In this document: positions 1 through 8,504 of the stretch, piece after piece
How positions within the stretch are numbered: position 1 is the stretch's first letter
Layout of the letters: each line of letters opens with the position of its first letter
The notes under the pieces: model-generated
What the model was told of the DNA's origin: nothing
What the model saw: the letters and a program-made list of their open reading frames with translations, nothing else
The model's database searches: none
Made by a program: the position numbers and the translations under genes
Assembly: GCA_049606355.1 (NCBI GenBank)
Contig: JBMYVL010000002.1
Location: forward strand, 120,001 to 152,000
Direction: 5' to 3'
Source of the DNA: Opitutales bacterium
GTDB lineage: Bacteria > Verrucomicrobiota > Verrucomicrobiia > Opitutales > Coraliomargaritaceae
Length of the DNA: 32,000 nucleotides

Positions 1-1209
1 GGGGCGCTGTAGGCGGAGGAAGCGCGCAACAAGCCCAGACGATAAGCCCTGGATGAGCACGGTCGCACAAATGACCGAATAGACAAAGGACTCAATTAAG
101 GCAGGCGCGTTACTGCTTGGATCCTTTGCCGCAAGGGAGAGGGCAAAGAGTGAGGCCATCGAAGCGGCAACGACGCCTCGTGGTGCCACCCAACTGAGTA
201 GGGCGCGTTCGCTTACTTTCAGTGGCGTGCCCCAGGCGGACGCGACCACACTGATCGGACGAACCAATAAAATTACCGAAAGCAGTACCCAGCCACCGCC
301 GAGGTCGAAAAAGTTTTGGAACTGCTCCAGTTGTAGGCGCGACACGAGCAGGAGGAAGAGAAGCCCGATCAACAAGTCGACGATCTCCGCCTTAAAGGCT
401 TTGATTTCGCGCAACTGCCGCGGTTTCTTCAGCCCAACGATCAAGCCCGCAACCGTGACTGCCAGTAAGCCCGCTTCAGGACGGATCAACTCAGTTAAGC
501 CAAAGATCAGCATCGCGCTGGCGACTGCAAAGGCATTGACAATGTTGTCCGGCACTAAGCTGCGGTGCATGGCTTGATAAATGCCATAGCCGCCAATACC
601 ACCAATCGCCGCACCACTAACGATACGTATCAAGAAATTCGGTAAAGCGACCGTACCGCCTCCTTCGACGACCCATTCGTAGCAAAGAATCGCAATAAAC
701 ACGCCAATGGAATCGATTAGGACAGCTTCCCAATGGAGTACGCTCCCTAGACGTTGTTGAATGCGAATACGGCGCAACAATGGCACGATTACGGTGGGAC
801 CCGTTACGATGATGAGACTACCCATCAACAGTGCCATGGAGGGTGTGGTGCTAAAGACAATGTATACCGTCAGCGCGGAACCAAGCCAAGTGATCACCAC
901 GCCGATTGTCAGCAAGCGTCGAATGACGGTCGAGGTTTGCGTGAAGCCTTTCAGGTCGAGCGTCAACCCCCCTTCGAACAGTATGAGCGCGACCGCTAGG
1001 GAAACAATGGATGGTAAGAGATCTCCAAGAGCGTCCGCATTGAGAATAGCTAAGCCTTCGGAACCCAAAGCAAAACCGCCCAGCAGCAACAATACGATGG
1101 TGGGCAAGTGGAGGCGACGCGCCAGAACCGTCAAAAAACAACCGGCGCCGATCGCCAGACAAAGTGACCAAAGTGCATCCTGACTTTCAAGCGTCGCAAT
1201 ACTGACCAT
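1..1209 (-). CDS. Na+(K+)/H+ antiporter, CPA1/NhaP type (partial; C-terminal part lies beyond the left window edge)
   Basis: Not in the ORF track because there is no stop inside the window. I checked all 403 minus-strand codons from ATG 1209-1207 to position 1 and found no stop; an in-frame upstream stop lies at 1227-1225. Translation begins MVSIATLESQDALWSLCLAIGAGCFLTVLARRLHLPTIVLLLLGGFALGSEGLAILNADALGD and ends at the edge with VLIQGLSSGLVARFLRLQRP. It is hydrophobic and multi-TM, and the LLLGGxxLGxxGL motif is typical of CPA1 exchangers. Confidence 0.8.
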   Translation of the reverse strand, partial: MVSIATLESQDALWSLCLAIGAGCFLTVLARRLHLPTIVLLLLGGFALGSEGLAILNADALGDLLPSIVSLAVALILFEGGLTLDLKGFTQTSTVIRRLLTIGVVITWLGSALTVYIVFSTTPSMALLMGSLIIVTGPTVIVPLLRRIRIQQRLGSVLHWEAVLIDSIGVFIAILCYEWVVEGGGTVALPNFLIRIVSGAAIGGIGGYGIYQAMHRSLVPDNIVNAFAVASAMLIFGLTELIRPEAGLLAVTVAGLIVGLKKPRQLREIKAFKAEIVDLLIGLLFLLLVSRLQLEQFQNFFDLGGGWVLLSVILLVRPISVVASAWGTPLKVSERALLSWVAPRGVVAASMASLFALSLAAKDPSSNAPALIESFVYSVICATVLIQGLSSGLVARFLRLQRP

Positions 1210-1254
1210 AAGGTATACGGGCTGGACTTATTCTTAATGCAGCGAAAGCAAGCT

Positions 1255-2043
1255 TCAATCGCCCAACTCGTGGCACATGCCAAGGGCAGGGGAGACCTCA
1301 CTGGTTTTGCCAATCACTACGGCAGGAACTCCCGCTACGCTGGAATGCGGTGGTACATCCTTCAGTACCACACTACCGGCTCCAACTTTCGCGCCCTTGC
1401 CGATCTCCACGTTCCCAAGGATCTTAGCTCCCGCACCGAGTAATACACCGGAGCGTACTTTGGGGTGGCGATCGCCGCGCTCTTTGCCCGTACCTCCCAA
1501 GGTGACTTCGTGTAAAATCGACACGTCCTTTTCGATGACTGTGGTTTCACCCGCCACAAAGCCAGTTGCGTGATCCAGAAGGATACCACAATCAATGCGC
1601 GCAGCAGGGTGGATATCGACGGCGAAAGTCTCCGCGATCAGACTTTGCAAATACAGCGCAAATTCACGACGCTCATGGCGCCAGAGATAGTGGGCGACTC
1701 GGTAACACACCAGCGCCTGAAATCCCTTAAAATAAAGCAAGGGAGTGAGCACATCGGGGCAAGCGGGATCGCGATCACAGACCGCCTGCATATCGCCCGC
1801 AATCTGTCGCAAAATGTCGGGCTCAGACTCAAAGGCTTCCAGGAATGTGGCATGCAGCACCTCGACCGAAGCGGCATGGTTTGCCAGCTTGCGGGTAATT
1901 CGGTATGCAAGGCACTCCGCAAAGGAGCGGCGCTCGAGAACCGTTTCGTTGCAGAGAGTCTCCAGTCCTGGTTCACGCTCGACGACTGCAGCAGCCAAGT
2001 GCCGAATGTTAGACCAATACGTATCAAGATTTATCGTACTCAT
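1255..2043 (-). CDS. cysE: serine O-acetyltransferase
   Basis: 262 aa. An N-terminal helical SATase domain is followed by hexapeptide left-handed beta-helix repeats (GILLDHATGFVAGETTVIEKDVSILHEVTLGGTGKERGDRHPKVRSGVLLGAGAKILGNVEIGKGAKVGAGSVV), the canonical CysE pattern. Confidence 0.93.
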   Translation of the reverse strand: MSTINLDTYWSNIRHLAAAVVEREPGLETLCNETVLERRSFAECLAYRITRKLANHAASVEVLHATFLEAFESEPDILRQIAGDMQAVCDRDPACPDVLTPLLYFKGFQALVCYRVAHYLWRHERREFALYLQSLIAETFAVDIHPAARIDCGILLDHATGFVAGETTVIEKDVSILHEVTLGGTGKERGDRHPKVRSGVLLGAGAKILGNVEIGKGAKVGAGSVVLKDVPPHSSVAGVPAVVIGKTSEVSPALGMCHELGD

Positions 2044-2166
2044 AAGCGTAAATTAGAACGGTAATGTAAAAATTAGATCATAGAGGCTACCGTAGCGGTT
2101 TCTGGCAAACCTAATACGCTGCACTGATGATGAACTTCCGCAGTGGAGTTGTGCCCTTTCCAGGCG

Positions 2167-2229
2167 AGCGCGTCGAAGTGCGCTTTCGGATTGATTCCGA
2201 GGAAAGGACGCGCAATTCTGCGCGTTTTT
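2167..2229 (+). promoter_or_regulatory. structured fabD leader: terminator-like hairpin (stem 2208-2214 / 2219-2225, loop ATTC) followed by T5, plus an upstream competing segment
   Basis: ACGCGCA-ATTC-TGCGCGT is a perfect 7-bp inverted repeat. A run of five T follows (2225-2229, the first being the last stem base), 20 nt before the fabD ATG. GCGCGTC at 2168-2174 is complementary to GACGCGC at 2207-2213. Confidence 0.3.
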
Positions 2230-2249
2230 ATCTTCAATCGTACATTATC

Positions 2250-3158
2250 ATGAGCAAAGGATTACTTTTCGCCGGACAAGGCGCACAAACTGTTGGCATG
2301 GGGCGTTCGCTCTACGAAAATTCGGCGACGGCGCAGCAGCTGTATGCCACTGCCAATGAAATCCTTGGCTGGGATTTGCAGCGTGTCTGCTTTGAGGGGC
2401 CAGAAGCGGAGCTAACTGAGACTAAAGTCTGCCAACCGGCGCTGTATGTACATGGCTATGCATTGTTTGCACTCCTTCGCGAGCGTGGCCAGCTGAATGA
2501 CCTTTCGGCAGTATGTGGCCTTAGCCTCGGTGAGCTGACTGCGCTGGCAGCGGCGGGTGTTTTTGATTTTGCCACAGGTCTGCGCCTTGTTGCAGAGCGT
2601 GGGCGGCTCATGCAAGCAGCTTGTGATTCCACGGAAGGTGGAATGGCGGCCGTCATTGGTGGCAGTGCAGAAGCTGTGCAAGCCTTCTGCGACGAGTTTG
2701 GCATCGAAATCGCCAATCTCAATTGCCCGGGTCAAATTGTCGTCTCTGGAGAAAAGTCGAACGTTCTTGAAGCCGTCGCTGCGTCGAAGGGACGCTTCAA
2801 GTTATGCAAGCCACTCAATGTAGCAGGTGCTTACCACAGCCGTTTAATGGTATCGGCGCGCGATGCCTTCGCTGATTTCATCCAAGACTTCGAATTCAAG
2901 GTGCCGAATGTGGCAGTGTATACCAACGTCACTGGCAGACGCGTGCAGGCACCTGAAGCGATTAAGGATGCGCTGGTTAGCCAGGTGGTCTCCTCGGTGC
3001 GCTTCGAAGATTGTCTGCGCAATGCTGCAAGCGATCATGCCTTGACTGATTTTGTCGAGTGCGGGCCCGGTAAAGTGCTGACGGGATTCGCCAAGCGCAT
3101 CGACAAATCGCTGAACGTTACCCCGTATTGTGAGTTCGACGAACTGCCGAGTGCATAA
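2250..3158 (+). CDS. fabD: malonyl-CoA:ACP transacylase
   Basis: Contains MSKGLLFAGQGAQTVGMG, the nucleophile elbow CGLSLGELTALAAAG and a conserved AGAYHS histidine. The start was moved from the track's 2127 to ATG 2250 because FabD proteins begin immediately before the GQGxQ motif. Confidence 0.92.
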   Translation: MSKGLLFAGQGAQTVGMGRSLYENSATAQQLYATANEILGWDLQRVCFEGPEAELTETKVCQPALYVHGYALFALLRERGQLNDLSAVCGLSLGELTALAAAGVFDFATGLRLVAERGRLMQAACDSTEGGMAAVIGGSAEAVQAFCDEFGIEIANLNCPGQIVVSGEKSNVLEAVAASKGRFKLCKPLNVAGAYHSRLMVSARDAFADFIQDFEFKVPNVAVYTNVTGRRVQAPEAIKDALVSQVVSSVRFEDCLRNAASDHALTDFVECGPGKVLTGFAKRIDKSLNVTPYCEFDELPSA

Positions 3159-3255
3159 CTGAGGTGCGGCACAGGCTGCAAGTGTCATCAACGCGAGCAG
3201 ATCTGTGGTTGATTTTTCTGACGGTGCCGCGATGGTACCCGTTTCGTAGCTACGC

Positions 3256-5067
3256 ATGACTGACCTGAACCATACTCGTAATTTCTGCATCATTGCTCAC
3301 GTCGATCACGGCAAGACAACACTGTCAGATCGTATCCTTGAGCTGACCCGCACTGTCGAAATGCGCGAGATGAAGGATCAGTTGCTCGACTCCATGGACT
3401 TGGAGCGGGAGCGTGGTATTACGATTAAGAGTCATCCTGTTTCGATGGTCTACAAAGCAAAGGACGGCCAAGATTATACCTTTAATTTGATTGATACTCC
3501 AGGCCACGTGGACTTTTCGTATGAAGTCTCGCGTAGCTTAACCGCCTGCGAAGGGGCGATGTTATTGATCGATGCCGCGCAAGGAATCGAAGCACAAACA
3601 GTTGCTAATGCGCACCTCGCGATTGAGCAAGGCTTGGAGATCATACCGGTGATTAACAAAGTTGATTTGCCGGGGGCAGATATTCCAGCCATGCAGCAGC
3701 AACTCGAGGATGTTCTTGCGATCCCTGCCGATGAAGCAGTGCTTACCAGCGGAAAAACCGGCCTGGGTATCGAAGATTTGATGGAGGCAGCCGTCGCACG
3801 TGTACCTAAGCCACGTTGGGCGAATATTGATGGCTTACGTGTACTTATTTTTGATTGTGTGTACGATGCCTACAAAGGTGTGATCTGCTATGTCCGTGTT
3901 TTTTCCGGCAGTGTGAAAGCTTCCGACTCGATTGTAATGATGAGCGATGGGCGCAAATCCCAAGTGAAGGAAGTGGGCAAGTTCTCTCCGGAAATGACCA
4001 AGCAAGAAAGCTTGGTGCCCGGCGATGTCGGTTATATTGTGACGAATATCCGTGATGTCGCTGATATCAAACTGGGGGATACGATCACCCTGGCCCAGGA
4101 TCCTGCCGAGGAGATGCTGCCAGGTTACAAGGAGGTCAGCCCCATGGTGTTTAGCGGCATCTATCCCATCGATACCAGCGACTACAATAAGCTCAAGGCG
4201 TCCATGGGAAAATTGCGCCTGAATGATGCCGCTTTTGTGTATCAGTCCGAAAACTCAGTAGCGCTTGGCTTCGGGTTTCGCTGCGGCTTTTTGGGCTTAC
4301 TCCACATGGAGATTATCCAGGAGCGTATCCGCCGCGAATATGACCTGGATGTTATTTCGACCTATCCGAGTGTGGTCTACCATGTGACTAAAACCGATGG
4401 TGAGATGATCGAAGTGCATAATCCTGTTCATTTGCCAGACCCTGCGGAGATCGAGTCAATTGCGGAGCCGATGATCAAGGCATCGATCCATATACCGAGT
4501 ACCTCCATTGGTGATGTGCTGGCACTCATGAGTGAGAAGCGCGGGGTGTGTGAGCATACCGAAACGATTGATGATACCCGCGTGATGTTGGTGTGCCGTG
4601 TGCCGCTCAACGAAATCCTAGTCGACTTTAATGATCGCCTCAAAAGCGTTACGCATGGCTATGGCTCAATGGATTACGAAATGGACGGCTACGACATGGG
4701 GAAATTGTGCCGTCTGGATTTACTGGTCAATCAAGAGCAGATAGACGCCTTCTCGTCGATTGTACACGTGGATAAGGCCGAGGGGAGGGGGCGCGCGCTC
4801 TGTGGTCGACTGAAAGAAATCCTGCCCCGGCAAATGTTTAAAATCGCGATCCAGGCTGCAGTGGGCGGCAAAGTCGTGGCGCGCGAAACAATCAGTGCGT
4901 ACCGTAAAGATGTGACGGCTAAATGTTATGGCGGTGACATTTCGCGCAAACGCAAGCTCCTCGAAAAACAAAAAGAGGGCAAAAAACGCATGAAAAATAT
5001 TGGCAGCGTTTCAATTCCTCAGGATGCATTCATCAAGATCCTTAAGACTTCTGACGGCAGTAATTGA
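3256..5067 (+). CDS. lepA: translation elongation factor 4 (LepA)
   Basis: 603 aa. GTPase motifs [17 protein letters not shown] and NKVD are present, with a LepA-specific C-terminal domain (YGGDISRKRKLLEKQKEGKKRMK). It lies in conserved lepA-lepB synteny. Confidence 0.97.
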   Translation: MTDLNHTRNFCIIAHVDHGKTTLSDRILELTRTVEMREMKDQLLDSMDLERERGITIKSHPVSMVYKAKDGQDYTFNLIDTPGHVDFSYEVSRSLTACEGAMLLIDAAQGIEAQTVANAHLAIEQGLEIIPVINKVDLPGADIPAMQQQLEDVLAIPADEAVLTSGKTGLGIEDLMEAAVARVPKPRWANIDGLRVLIFDCVYDAYKGVICYVRVFSGSVKASDSIVMMSDGRKSQVKEVGKFSPEMTKQESLVPGDVGYIVTNIRDVADIKLGDTITLAQDPAEEMLPGYKEVSPMVFSGIYPIDTSDYNKLKASMGKLRLNDAAFVYQSENSVALGFGFRCGFLGLLHMEIIQERIRREYDLDVISTYPSVVYHVTKTDGEMIEVHNPVHLPDPAEIESIAEPMIKASIHIPSTSIGDVLALMSEKRGVCEHTETIDDTRVMLVCRVPLNEILVDFNDRLKSVTHGYGSMDYEMDGYDMGKLCRLDLLVNQEQIDAFSSIVHVDKAEGRGRALCGRLKEILPRQMFKIAIQAAVGGKVVARETISAYRKDVTAKCYGGDISRKRKLLEKQKEGKKRMKNIGSVSIPQDAFIKILKTSDGSN

Positions 5068-5148
5068 TCCCGCTCGCTCCAAAGGAAATCGTCCTGACAA
5101 ACTGCGCCACCTTCGTTTACGAACATCCATATCGACTGCCTGTACCGT

Positions 5149-6375
5149 ATGAAAAAACTACGCAAAAATGCCAAAGTGTTACTGCAAGCTGCCCACAAGG
5201 TCTACCACTATCGGCGCGACTTGATGTCGGCAGCACACTTGGCAGAATTGGAAAAGGCAAGTGATGAAGTTCAAGGCTTATTGAAGAATAAACAAGCAGA
5301 TGCGTCCGCCTTTGCTGCGGCGACCGATCGCTTGGATCTTCTACTGCGCAAGGTTGGTGGCAAAATCTATCCTAAGACCTTTCTGAGCGATAACATAGAG
5401 GTTATTCTGGTGGCAGCGATCATTGTGATCGGTATCCGTACGTTCTTTTTTCAACCGTTCATCATACCAACCAATTCGATGTACCCGACTTACAGTGGGA
5501 TGAATGCTGTAGTGTGTACGGATGCACATACACCGAACGTCATTCAAAAATTTTGGAATTTAGTTACGCTTGGCGCGCGTCACTACAGCCTAACTGCTCA
5601 GAACAGTGGTCCAATCGAACTGATTGTGGCGCGTACCATTAGCGGCAACGAAATCCCATATTACAGAATCGTCGATGGACGGAAGTGGTTCGGCCTCATG
5701 CCGGCGCAGCAGAAGCAATACGACTTTTTGGTTGGCGGTGTTGCGCATTCGTTGCGGGTACCCGCAGCATTTGGACTCGAAGCCACCTTACAGCAAACGC
5801 TGCTGAAAGACGGCTTTCAGGGAGAGTCGCGCAATCTCGGAAATGGCTTACAGGCAATAACCGTTGGCCATGCGGATGAAGCGGGCGATAGGATCCTGGA
5901 GTTCGATATAACTTTAGGCGATGCGCTGTTCGTCGATCGGATGTCGTATCACTTCCGCAAGCCACATGCTGGAGACCCATTTGTGTTTCGCACGGATGCG
6001 ATCTTGGATGCTGTCGGACGGGCGACCAATGATTACACACCCAAATATTACATTAAGCGCATCGGCGGCGTCGAAAATGAAACGCTGGAAATCATTAACG
6101 GCAGCTTGTATGCTGATGGCATCCCGCGTTCCGAGGTGGAGGCTTTTGAACGCAATGCGCGACAAGAAGGCGCCTACGGGGGCTACATCAATGAGCACCT
6201 AATGGCTGAAGGGCGTCAAATGCGCGTGCCTGAAGATAGTTATGTTGCTCTGGGTGATAATTCAGCAAATTCTGCAGACAGTCGTTATTGGGGCTTCGTT
6301 CCGGACCGTTCCGTGATCGGTAAGGCACTGTTTATTTATTATCCGTTTACGCAACGTTGGGGCGTATCCGAATAG
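5149..6375 (+). CDS. lepB: signal peptidase I (long form)
   Basis: One TM segment (ILVAAIIVIGIRTFFF), the Ser box IPTNSMYPTY, box C GDALFVDR, the Lys box YIKRIGGVENETLEI and box E GDNSANSADSRYWGFVP. It sits directly downstream of lepA. Confidence 0.92.
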   Translation: MKKLRKNAKVLLQAAHKVYHYRRDLMSAAHLAELEKASDEVQGLLKNKQADASAFAAATDRLDLLLRKVGGKIYPKTFLSDNIEVILVAAIIVIGIRTFFFQPFIIPTNSMYPTYSGMNAVVCTDAHTPNVIQKFWNLVTLGARHYSLTAQNSGPIELIVARTISGNEIPYYRIVDGRKWFGLMPAQQKQYDFLVGGVAHSLRVPAAFGLEATLQQTLLKDGFQGESRNLGNGLQAITVGHADEAGDRILEFDITLGDALFVDRMSYHFRKPHAGDPFVFRTDAILDAVGRATNDYTPKYYIKRIGGVENETLEIINGSLYADGIPRSEVEAFERNARQEGAYGGYINEHLMAEGRQMRVPEDSYVALGDNSANSADSRYWGFVPDRSVIGKALFIYYPFTQRWGVSE

Positions 6376-6569
6376 TTGCTCCAGGTACACACTCATGGAG
6401 GAATACGCATGTTGCCGTAATCTGATGCAATTCATATCGCACAATATATATTATGTCTAATTTGAATTGAAGCCTTGGACTGCCTTGCCCGGCGTTGGGC
6501 CCTGCCTTCGGCTAAGATACTTTATTGCCTCGCAAATCGCGTCGCTACTGTTTCTGGATATTTTAAACT

Positions 6570-8099
6570 ATGGATACGCAACCATTGTATAATTGGCTCA
6601 ATCAACGTGCCGCGGGTGTATTGCTGCACCTGAGCGCCCTGCCGTCAGCTAGTGGGATTGGTAATTTTGGAGCCGGTGCCCGACGGTTTGTTGATTTTCT
6701 TTCTGCATCCGGTATGTCGATATGGCAATTGTGTCCGCTCGGCCCGACGGGTTTTGGTGACTCTCCCTATCAATGCTTTTCCGCCTTTGCGGGGAATCCT
6801 TATTTTATCGATCTTGAACCGCTCGTTGCGGATGGGCTTCTCGAGCGCGCAGAATTGAAAGCCCTCAGTCAGCTTTCATCTGAGCGGGTTGATTATGGCC
6901 AACTGTATGAACTGTTTTGGCCAGTCTTAAAAAATGCGTATACACGCTTTCACGCATCTGGTGCGGACCACTTTCGCGATTATGGCAGCCTAAGTTCATT
7001 CCGCGAAGCACAGGCGCACTGGTTGGAGGATTATGCCCTGTTCATGGCCCTGAAAGACCATTTCGATGGGAAGTGCTGGCTTGATTGGCCACCGAGTTAC
7101 CGGGATTGCGCAAAGGCTCGTACAAAAAGACCGACAAAGGCAGTCCGCGCCGCCATCGAGGCGCAGATTTTCTACCAATATCTGTTTCATGCGCAGCTTA
7201 AACAACTGCGCAGCTATGCAGCATCCCAAAGTGTGCAGATTATGGGTGATGTGCCAATCTTTGTGGCATTGGACAGTGCTGATGTCTGGGCCAATCGTCC
7301 TTTGTTTCAGTTGAAAAAGAATGGTCAACCGAAGGCGGTCGCGGGCGTTCCGCCAGATTACTTTTCTGCTGACGGTCAACTTTGGGGTAATCCGCTGTTT
7401 GACTGGTCCGAACATGTGCGTACGGACTTTGCGTGGTGGCTGCAGCGCATCTCCAGTAATCTCGGATTTTATGATATTGTGCGTTTGGACCACTTCCGCG
7501 GTTTTGAGTCGTATTGGTCGGTGCCCGCACAAGATACCACTGCTCGCAACGGCGAATGGAAGCCCAGCCCCGGAATGGATCTTTTTCGGGCGATTCATGC
7601 TGCTTGTCCACAGGCAAAAATTGTAGCTGAAGATCTGGGCGTGATCACGGAAGCTGTCGAAGAACTCCTCGCAGCCACTGGCCTGCCCGGTATGGCTGTC
7701 CTGCAATTTGCATTTGGTGGTGATGCGAGCAATGCCTATCTACCACATAACCACAAACCCAATAGCGTCGTTTATTCAGGTACGCATGATAACGATACCA
7801 GCCTTGGTTGGTTTGCGGATCTTGATGTCGAGACTCGGGACCATGTCTGTCACTATTTAAATGTGAGTGGCGAATCAATCGGCTGGGATCTGATTCGAGC
7901 CTGTATCGCCTCCGAGGCGAAATTAGCGATCATCCCGCTTCAAGACCTGTTAAGTCTAGGTTCGGACGCACGCCTGAATACGCCTGGTGCGGCGACGGGA
8001 AACTGGCAGTGGCGCACGACGGATGCCCAGCTGGACAGGCAACAGGCGGAGAGTGCAGCATACCTGATGGAGCAGAATCGCTTACACGGGCGTATTTAA
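6570..8099 (+). CDS. malQ: 4-alpha-glucanotransferase (amylomaltase, GH77)
   Basis: 509 aa with GH77 signatures: GIGNFG near the N-terminus, VRLDHFRGF (nucleophile Asp), AEDLGVIT (acid/base Glu) and GTHDNDT. Confidence 0.93.
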   Translation: MDTQPLYNWLNQRAAGVLLHLSALPSASGIGNFGAGARRFVDFLSASGMSIWQLCPLGPTGFGDSPYQCFSAFAGNPYFIDLEPLVADGLLERAELKALSQLSSERVDYGQLYELFWPVLKNAYTRFHASGADHFRDYGSLSSFREAQAHWLEDYALFMALKDHFDGKCWLDWPPSYRDCAKARTKRPTKAVRAAIEAQIFYQYLFHAQLKQLRSYAASQSVQIMGDVPIFVALDSADVWANRPLFQLKKNGQPKAVAGVPPDYFSADGQLWGNPLFDWSEHVRTDFAWWLQRISSNLGFYDIVRLDHFRGFESYWSVPAQDTTARNGEWKPSPGMDLFRAIHAACPQAKIVAEDLGVITEAVEELLAATGLPGMAVLQFAFGGDASNAYLPHNHKPNSVVYSGTHDNDTSLGWFADLDVETRDHVCHYLNVSGESIGWDLIRACIASEAKLAIIPLQDLLSLGSDARLNTPGAATGNWQWRTTDAQLDRQQAESAAYLMEQNRLHGRI

Positions 8100-8500
8100 A
8101 GCCAGCCTAAACCACAAAGCAGTGTCCAAACCAGAGTGCGGTACCAGTTGGTACCGACCAATCGCTGCAGCACCTCGGGACTCCCCTCGCCTGCACTGAT
8201 TCGGCGGTGTAGCGGTATGGAGATGAGGTAAGTCAGTATCCATGCGATGAATACCAATAGTACCGAGCACCACTGTTTGAGGCCTGTAGAATCAATGAGT
8301 TGTAGGCTAACGATTATAGTTTGCGCCAGAATAAGTGGGCCCGCAATCCAAGCCATACGCCGAACATAACATGCGTGCCACTCCAGTAAGCACTCGTTTT
8401 TCACAAAACGAAAGGATGGATAGATCGTTAATTGCACCAACCAGATGAGTACTAGCAGTGCGAAGTCGACGACGAGACGAGCCAATTCCAGAATCGGCAT
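8096..8500 (-). CDS. hypothetical small integral membrane protein (about 4 TM segments)
   Basis: 134 aa with four hydrophobic stretches (LVVDFALLVLIWLVQLTIYP; MAWIAGPLILAQTIIVSL; WCSVLLVFIAWILTYLISIPL; YRTLVWTLLCGLGWL). It starts 4 nt after the asd stop on the same strand. I recognise no family. Confidence 0.6.
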   Translation of the reverse strand: MPILELARLVVDFALLVLIWLVQLTIYPSFRFVKNECLLEWHACYVRRMAWIAGPLILAQTIIVSLQLIDSTGLKQWCSVLLVFIAWILTYLISIPLHRRISAGEGSPEVLQRLVGTNWYRTLVWTLLCGLGWL

Positions 8501-8504
8501 GGTA

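Noticed and set aside
2127-2249. N-terminal extensions implied by the ORF track: fabD 2127-2249, asd 9519-9614, M20 13436-13495, purH 15979-16014, repeat protein 10042-10101, rhodanese 16092-16130, MFS 23160-23207, ClpX-like 29566-29598, and NusG-like 11419-11454.
   Set aside because: The track takes the longest ORF, and the starts I checked (11419, 13495, 23160, 29566) are TTG. The conserved N-terminal motifs of each family begin right after an internal ATG, so I used those starts. The extensions have no family-like sequence.
3187-3217. A possible intrinsic terminator after fabD: ATCAAC (3187-3192) pairs with GTTGAT (3208-3213), followed by TTTT.
   Set aside because: It is only a 6-bp AT-rich stem with a 15-nt loop, too weak to call a terminator. 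fabD and lepA may simply be co-transcribed.
5149-6375. LepB is unusually long at 408 aa, with a roughly 75-aa cytoplasmic N-terminal extension and a roughly 115-aa insertion between the Ser box and box C.
   Set aside because: All catalytic boxes are intact. To my knowledge, long insertion-bearing type I signal peptidases are common in Bacteroidota and PVC lineages. This looks like a lineage trait rather than a novelty.
6376-6569. A 194-bp AT-rich spacer between lepB and malQ, examined for a small RNA, tRNA or riboswitch. It contains CAATTCA...TGAATTG with a 28-nt loop, short GC hairpins, and a CTGCCTT direct repeat.
   Set aside because: There is no tRNA cloverleaf, SRP, 6S or tmRNA-like motif, and no strong stem with a U-tract. 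It is most simply the malQ promoter region.
6996-7706. Long antisense ORFs inside well-supported genes: 236 aa at 6996-7706 opposite malQ, 195 aa at 16877-17464 opposite purF, 188 aa at 30078-30644 opposite the ClpX-like gene, 164 aa at 1570-2064 opposite cysE, and 148 aa at 28284-28730 opposite hisS.
   Set aside because: Each lies entirely within a gene whose product has unmistakable family motifs. Their translations are Arg/Ser/Cys/Pro-rich and low in complexity, with no recognisable domains. Open antisense frames of this length are expected from the codon bias of the sense genes.
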